From: an uncultured Planctomycetales bacterium
GTDB taxonomy: Bacteria; Omnitrophota; Gorgyraeia; Zapsychrales; Fredricksoniimonadaceae
Direction: 5' to 3'
Assembly: GCA_964480185.1 (NCBI GenBank)
Contig: CAYZPQ010000001.1
Span: 8,240-43,543, forward strand
DNA length: 35,304 nucleotides
Shown piece after piece: positions 26,165-33,300 of this stretch. A program made the position numbers and the translations under genes. Under the pieces are notes generated by a model. That model was not told the DNA's origin, searched no databases, and saw only the letters and a program-made list of their open reading frames with translations. Numbering within the stretch: the first letter of the stretch is position 1; each line of letters opens with the position of its first letter.

Positions 26165-27330
26165 TCACATCACGCCAACTTTGGCTAATGGATGCTTTAC
26201 ATCAACTAATGAGGCAATCCATGGGAATACTTTTGTTGATGCATGTAAAATTGGCCAATAGAAGAATGCATCGGTCCATGGTATTTTCAAATCTAAAATG
26301 GTGTTTGTAAATGTATCGTTAATCGTCTTACGTAAGTCGTTTGTCACATGTCTTACTTGAATGGCAGTATATAATTCTCGAACAATGTCGCGTGTTTTAT
26401 TGGTGTAATACATTAATCCTTCAAATATCATCAACCCAACAACACCCTGCAAGGCAAAAACCCATGACGATTGTAATGAATAGCCACTATCTAAAATTAA
26501 ATACATTCCTGTAATCCACGTCGCAATCGCAGCAGGAGCGAATAAAATCGCGGTCATTAATAAATATTTTTGCGCATGTGCGTAGATTAGTTCTAATGAC
26601 AACTTGCCTTTATTATTTAAGCTCGCCATCTTCGCATCCATGATCAACTTAAATCCATAAGCACGTACCATGCCTAATACCAAAATACCAAATGTCGTCG
26701 CGATGACTTGGGTTTTTCCGATCATGTAAATCAGAGCTATTTCCGCGCCAATCGCTGATACAGCTAATAATGTTCCACCAATGTAATTATTTCTGATAAT
26801 TGTTTTCGAAACACGCACACGATCAAGAGCATTCACAGCGCTGCGTATGTAACGATGGAAGATGTAAAAACCAACATAGGTTGCCAACGCTAAGATTGAC
26901 GTGGCCACATAGTGAAGACTTAAAGAGCTAATGGGGATGTAACTTAAAACTTTTGTCGTTTGTATTGGGAAAAATACTTGAGCTAATACGATACCAAGGA
27001 ATGTTGGGACAAACATCGGAGCAACTGCATTCGGGAATGTCTTCATGCCCTTTGCATGAATTGTTGCAATCCATTCAAATGCTTTCTCACCTGTGCCTGC
27101 TGGGGGTCTGTTGGCGATCCAGGTGCGGATGACGATGGCGGCGGTGATGAGTGCAACAATAAAAGCGCCGGTTGGGGTTGATAGTGTCGCGAATAAACCT
27201 AACACAGGTGTTTCGTTAACCATTGTTGTACTAGAACCAATGACATCTGCATTAAGCGTGCTGAAATTTGACGTAGCAAGAATCAATCCTGCTAAAAATA
27301 GCATCCAGCGAATGGAGCGGTGCATTTTTA
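25990..27330 (-). repeat. Polytopic membrane module, copy 1. It spans the in-frame TGA.
   Basis: Copy 1 runs MHRSIRWMLFLAGL...ALITAAIVIRTWIANRPPAGTGE...KGMKTFPN...YIPISSLSLH...QKYLLMTAILFA...WVFALQGVVGLMIFEG...NDTFTNTILDLKIPWTDAFFYWPILHA...KVGVM*AITVSFAG...KKGYLNRWFKKRG...NTHAQDPFSF. It is collinear with copy 2 at a roughly estimated 45-50% amino-acid identity. Confidence 0.8.
26165..26167 (-). other. The only in-frame stop codon (TGA) in 11,767 codons. It could be a read-through or recoding site, a nonsense mutation, or a sequence error.
   Basis: The minus-strand context is aaa gtt ggc gtg atg TGA gct att aca gtc. The flanking peptide KVGVM*AITVSFAGMGATVWG aligns with KLGTMLAITATFAGIGALVFG in the paralogous module. 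In that copy the equivalent codon is TTG (Leu) at 23669-23671. Confidence 0.6.
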
Positions 27331-30300
27331 GTAGCAAGGTCTTAATTTGATGATGGTAGACTAAAGCAAGTACCGTTAATCCTACTGCAATTAAACTATG
27401 TGAATAAAAAGCCATAAGGATTGGCAACATAATATGGGCTGAACCACCATCTGGACTCGCTGGTGGATCAACACGGGTTACACTTTGTCTAAACACATCT
27501 TCAACTCTTTTCCCTGGTTGAAACTCGTCTCTGACAGCTGCTGGTCGGAAAATACTCTCATATGGCTTCTTTTTGCTCATGACAAAATCTAAATCTTCTT
27601 CTGCTATTAAATTCGAATCATTAAATTGATGGCCCATTACGCCGGCATTAACAAGTGCGTAATAACGCATATCTTCTTGTATGCCAAAAACATTTTTAGC
27701 TTCATGGAAATACTGATACTCAAAACGATTATTAGCATTATTGAGGAAGTACATCCGGCTCACATCACGGGCAGGATTTTCATCAGGGCCTAATAAATGA
27801 TGCCCGATGATTTCATGACGAAGAATATCATTAAGCAATGCAATAAATCTAACGGAGTCTTTATCCTCCACATTTAATACTGGTGCTCTCATTAATTTCT
27901 TATTAATGACAACAGGCTTCTCTATTCCGGTGAAATCATAATAAGCCACGTCATCGCTATCAAGATATCTGACATCAACAAGTCTCTCAAACTCTCTAAT
28001 TCCTAAATAATCAAGAGAGTCCAAAAGATTCTCTTGTTTTTTTATACCTAGAGAGTATTGAATGTATCGATTAATTTGCTCATCATTAAGCGCTTCATAC
28101 GTCAATCGCTGATTAGATAATAACTTTGCAGGATAATTTGATGCCGCCGCCGCTTCTTCTTCTTTAATACGTTCTTCTTTCATATTGGATGGAACATCCC
28201 AAACAACATCATAATCATTATCACCTGAGGCAATTGGTTTTGGAGATCTCGTTGTATAGACTTTTGTCTTACTTGTTGAATCCCATGGAAAATATTTCCA
28301 AATCAAAGCCAAGAACTTATCAGATCCCTTCGCCTCAATTAAGGATATGCCGGTAAACATCTTCACAAAGAAACGTTGAATAGCGACCATGCGTACTAAG
28401 CCGTCATACATTTTATTATGTAGTTCGCGTGTGTGAGAATTAAAGTTTGTGAAATCAACATCACCTAAATGATGGTGACTATCTGTAGCATTTTTATCAT
28501 TCAATTGACGCTGGCCAAAAGTAAAGACTTCTGCTGAACCCATGAATATCTTCTGGAATCTCCAGAAACCACTTAATACACCCTTGGTTTGTTTCGCTGT
28601 CATTTTAACAGCATCAAACTTAGCATCTTCAATCGGCATACCAAAAATACCTTTGGTACCTCTCACCACACCACTCAAGAAGCGTGCTCCAAAATGATCT
28701 TCGGCATTTCCACCATGGACATGAACTTCTTGGCTGCTATGCGCTGTACCACGTAATTTTCGAACCAATAGCTCAAGAATTTGATGATAAACAGACTCTT
28801 CCCCAATAACAATAGTTGGATTTCCTAAACGCTCCCATAATGGACGTTTTTGAATAAATCGTAATAAAATCGTAAACGCAAATATATTAAATAAATATGC
28901 TGTTGCTTCAATCAAATACGCTTTAAAACCAGGATCCATATGTAAAATGATTCCCGTCACAAGTAACTTATGGAAAAGTAAAGGCGCAATAATAACCCCA
29001 AGAATGACATGCACCACACCCACAACCTTGCCCCACATCACTTCTTTAACACGCCATTCCCACTTTGAAGCATCTTTATCAATAGCTTTCGTCATATCGC
29101 TTTCAATTTGATTTCCATCAGCATCTTTACCAACAATTGTTTCAATCTTAGCTAACGCCTCGTCACGTTTTTCTTTCAATAACTTAAGTTGTATTTCATC
29201 TAGACGCATTCCTAAAGGATTATCTTTTGGAAAGGTATTCTTAACGCCTTCCGCTAAATTAATTGCAATTTCTAATATCTCAAAAATTAATGCGGTTGTA
29301 TCTACTGTGGATGCTTCCGAAAGCCTAATATTTGCTCCTGTGACAAATATTCTGCCCTTAAATCTACTCTTACTGTTAAATCGCTGACCAATAGCCATAC
29401 CCATCATGCTATCAACACGATTTGTAACAACGAAGACTCGGTCACCAAAAAGTTTATAAAGCTTTCCCGTCCCAGATAATGTTGGGAATGTTTGTCCAGA
29501 ATCACTGATTGCAATAAAGATAGTACGTTTTGTCGCACCAAATTTCTTAGGATCAGCGATTAACTTATTTGATGAAATTGCATCAATATTAAGATCCGGA
29601 AAAATATGTTCTAAGACTTCTTTGAGTTTTTCACCTGCCCATTGTGATTTTTCAAAACCTGTAATAATAATGTGTCTTTGTTTAAACTCTGGCAACACAT
29701 TACGTCGCGCGTCTCTACGGAATATAGAACGTAAATGGTGTACCATCCGACTAAAAACTGAAAGGGCTTTCTGAAATGGCATTTTCTCAGATGGAAGTTC
29801 TTGAAATGCCTTTACTTCTTTTTCCCACTGCTCAACTAATCTTCCTTGCGAGTCAACAAATGCTTTCACCATCCATTGAGACAATTCACTCAAATGAGCT
29901 TGAATATCTTTATCAAAATCAGTGATAAGTTCATGCATTTGATCTGGCGTAATGCGTGTTCTTGGATTACGACGGTATAAGCGTGACGCCAGATTCTCTG
30001 CATGCGAGCCAAGTTGATTCGTTAACATCATCTTCACATAATCAACCATAACTGTATTATTTTCCACCGCTCGAATAAAATCTGCTGTTAGCGCACGTCT
30101 CGCATCAGGTTGGAGATCTACGAAAACTCGGTTTGTATAACCAATAAGTTGATTACGAATTAAACCATCTAAAGAACCCCACTTCGTTGAATACTTCCGT
30201 AAATATCGTTCAATTTCAATACCATTAACCATCTTAACTAATTCATTTGTACTAATGGCATTGAATTTACTTTGTTCTAAGTTCTGATTTCTTAATGATG

Positions 30301-33300
30301 GATTTTCTACAGGTAAGAAACTATTTCTTATCCAATGCAATACAGATGCTGTATCTTCAAAATCAACCCATAATAAATTTGCACCGGGGTCATATTCCTG
30401 TAACTTCCTAAAGTATGGATTCTTTTGTTCATCTAATTCCATCTTTCTAGCTTCAATATCTTCAGTTGTGAGTTCGCGATTCAGATTCGCGTTAAACCCA
30501 CGTATTTTTGGACGGCCATCTTTAGTCATCGTAAAGTCAATTACTTCTCCACGACCTTGAATATCCATATCAAGACGATGTGTCAAATACCCACGATCAC
30601 CATATTTCACTTGTAATACAAGCGCTTCGGAAGCAAAGGCAAAGAATTTCTCAACAGTGTTCCATCCTAAGGAAATAGATTGATCTAATGTAAATAACGT
30701 GACCCCGTCATCAGGAATTGACGTACGAATAACAAAACCAAAGCTACCAAAAGATCCTTTTTGGAATTGACGCCCTGCATGATAACGATTATTTAAGAAG
30801 AAGTTGCGTACCACCCCTCCTACAATTTCATTAATCTTTGCTTCGCCACCACCAAATGTTGAAATAATTTTCATAGCTTTGGCATCGCCTTGAAGCTGTT
30901 GCACTAAGTCATTTTGTAATGCTTGTAATGCATCGTACTGTGCTTTTAATTGAGGATGCTTTGCTACTTGTTCTTTCGTCACATACAAATGATTTAATGC
31001 TTTCGATTCCATACGAAGTTTTGGACGACTTACGGCAGCAGCATGTTTAGCAAAAACGCGATCTGAGATTGTCGCTAAATAATTACGGTCATTGATAGGT
31101 AACATGGTGTTCGGCGCATTCTTATCATCTAAGTCTTTGCCACCGGTAAGATCTTCAGGTTTCGATAAGCTCAAGACGAATCCTAATTGCCATGACGCAG
31201 TAAAACGTTGTTGTGTCCAGAATAAACGAGCGATACCAGATGCTGGTGGAGAATCACCTGGAGTGTCATCAGCCCATGGGTAATCCGATGGTTTCTTTAA
31301 TTGCTTAACATACAAGGCTCTTCTTAAGAATGGTCGTAATTCATCTTTGTTATTACCGTTATCAAGTTTACGGCCAAGAATAAAGTAGTCATCAAAATCA
31401 CCGTTATGCGTAATGGCGATAATAAAGTTACCAAACTTTTGAACGAGAATACCCTTTTCATTAAAATCCCAATAAGAAATTCTCTCTTCAATGAATTGCA
31501 CATGTGGATGAGATGCTTTCTTCGTCGCCTTACCAGCTGTTGCAAAACGCACGTGCCCTGACCATATGCCTAATCGTGTGCCTAAGAAATACCCTGATTC
31601 GATTAATTTCTCAATAACGCTTAACCATCTATTTAACGTGATGTTTTCTAAATTTGCGCGTTTTCCCTTAATTTCTTTTAAGAGGACAAGAATTGTTTGC
31701 ATTGATTTATTCATGACAAAATGAACTAAACCAATTGTCTGACCACCCCGAATTGTAATTAAATTGATCTGATTCTTGATCCCCTCTTGAACCCAGTGAG
31801 GTGCAATTTCTTTGGATTCTTCTTCAGTTAAAATACCGCCAATACCAAAGTTTCCGCATTCACTCTTATCGCCAACACCTAAACGTAATATATCCGTCTG
31901 AATAGACCAAATTAATGCAAATACGGAAGCTGCCATCACAATTGGCCAAGGTAAAATCGTTGCTACTGGTGAAGTCATCCAATCATGCTTATAGGCAATC
32001 ACTGCAGCGACTAAGGATATGTTGACCGCTGCCCCTGCTAAACGATTTGTCAATGTGGATTGAACGGTTACAGAAGGACCTTTAGCGTAGTACCCAAGGA
32101 CAGGAATTAAAGCGCCAACGATATGAAGAATATTGAGATTGCCTAATATATTACTTAATGTGAGTGTTCTAAAATTACCTCTTAAGACACTTTCAAGAAT
32201 ATGTCCCCACTCATTAGCAATAAAGAATCCAAATACGGCAGCTCTCCACATGAAGGCATATTCAATAGCCATCTTCACATCGCGCGTTTTCCATAATGTG
32301 AGCGCAATCACAACGATATCTAACAATCTTAAGAGACGATTTGGCGCAGCTTCCTCGACATAATCGCCCTCATCGCCAACCATGACCTTAACGCCATCCG
32401 TATTATCGCTTGGGATAGTTGTTGTATCATCTAGTACCGCTGCATTGGTCTCAACAATGGGCTTGTCATCTGTTGCAGCTGATGAGGCATTCGTTGAAGT
32501 GTCATTTGAGTCGACATTATCTAAGATGGGATTATCGTCCTCAATCATTAAATCATCTTTAGCATCTGCTGATTGTGCTGCCGCAGGCTTCAGCTGTGGT
32601 GGCGGAGGTGTTGTAGTTTTCGTCTTAGGAGTTGTTGGCTTCGCCTTGTCTGCTTTCTTTGTCTTCTTTTCTTTTGGCTTTCTCCAGGCGCGAATAGCTA
32701 ATTTAACTTCTTCGAATATCTCCGTCATATTGCTTGGCACAAAACCACTTAGTTTTTCAGTTATAGCAGACGCATAATTTTTGATGACATAAAATGCAAT
32801 AATAAGTCCTAATAAAGCAAGGATCGCATATCCGATGAAATGCATATAAATATGATTGTATTGAATGTACTTAGGATAGAAATCAAACTTGTGGCCCTTT
32901 CTTAAGTCTCTTACTTCCACCGCTTCCGCAGCAGGATCAATTTCTTTTAATAATGGCAAAATACGTTTAATGATAATATTAAACTCATTTGTACGATCAC
33001 GTTGTTGATTCAACACAATATACTGTTTCAAATCAGGTACAGCATATTGGCCTATCTTACGAAGCGCATAGTGTGCTGCAGCCTGAGCTGGTTCATATTT
33101 GTTATAAGGTGAAAAACGATTGAAGAACATTGGGTCGCGATCTTCACCGCTCACCAACACTTTAATAATCTCAGGAGTAATGACACTGCGTTGATTACGG
33201 CTTGCTGCTAAGTCTCCAGCAAATTTCACCATGGCAATTTCTTGATATGTTTTAGGACCAGAATGAGTACTAAATTCTGCTAATACACCCGCCATGGTCG

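Noticed and set aside
26165-26167. An alternative genetic code (TGA as Trp in code 4, or TGA as Gly in code 25) as the explanation for the in-frame TGA.
   Set aside because: Only one TGA occurs among 11,767 in-frame codons, while TGG (Trp) is used abundantly. Genomes that reassign TGA use it frequently. The aligned paralogous residue is Leu, not Trp or Gly.
26110-26167. Selenocysteine insertion at the TGA.
   Set aside because: I could not find a convincing SECIS-like stem-loop in the roughly 50 nt downstream. The position lies in a hydrophobic TM helix aligned to Leu, not in a redox-type Cys/Sec context.
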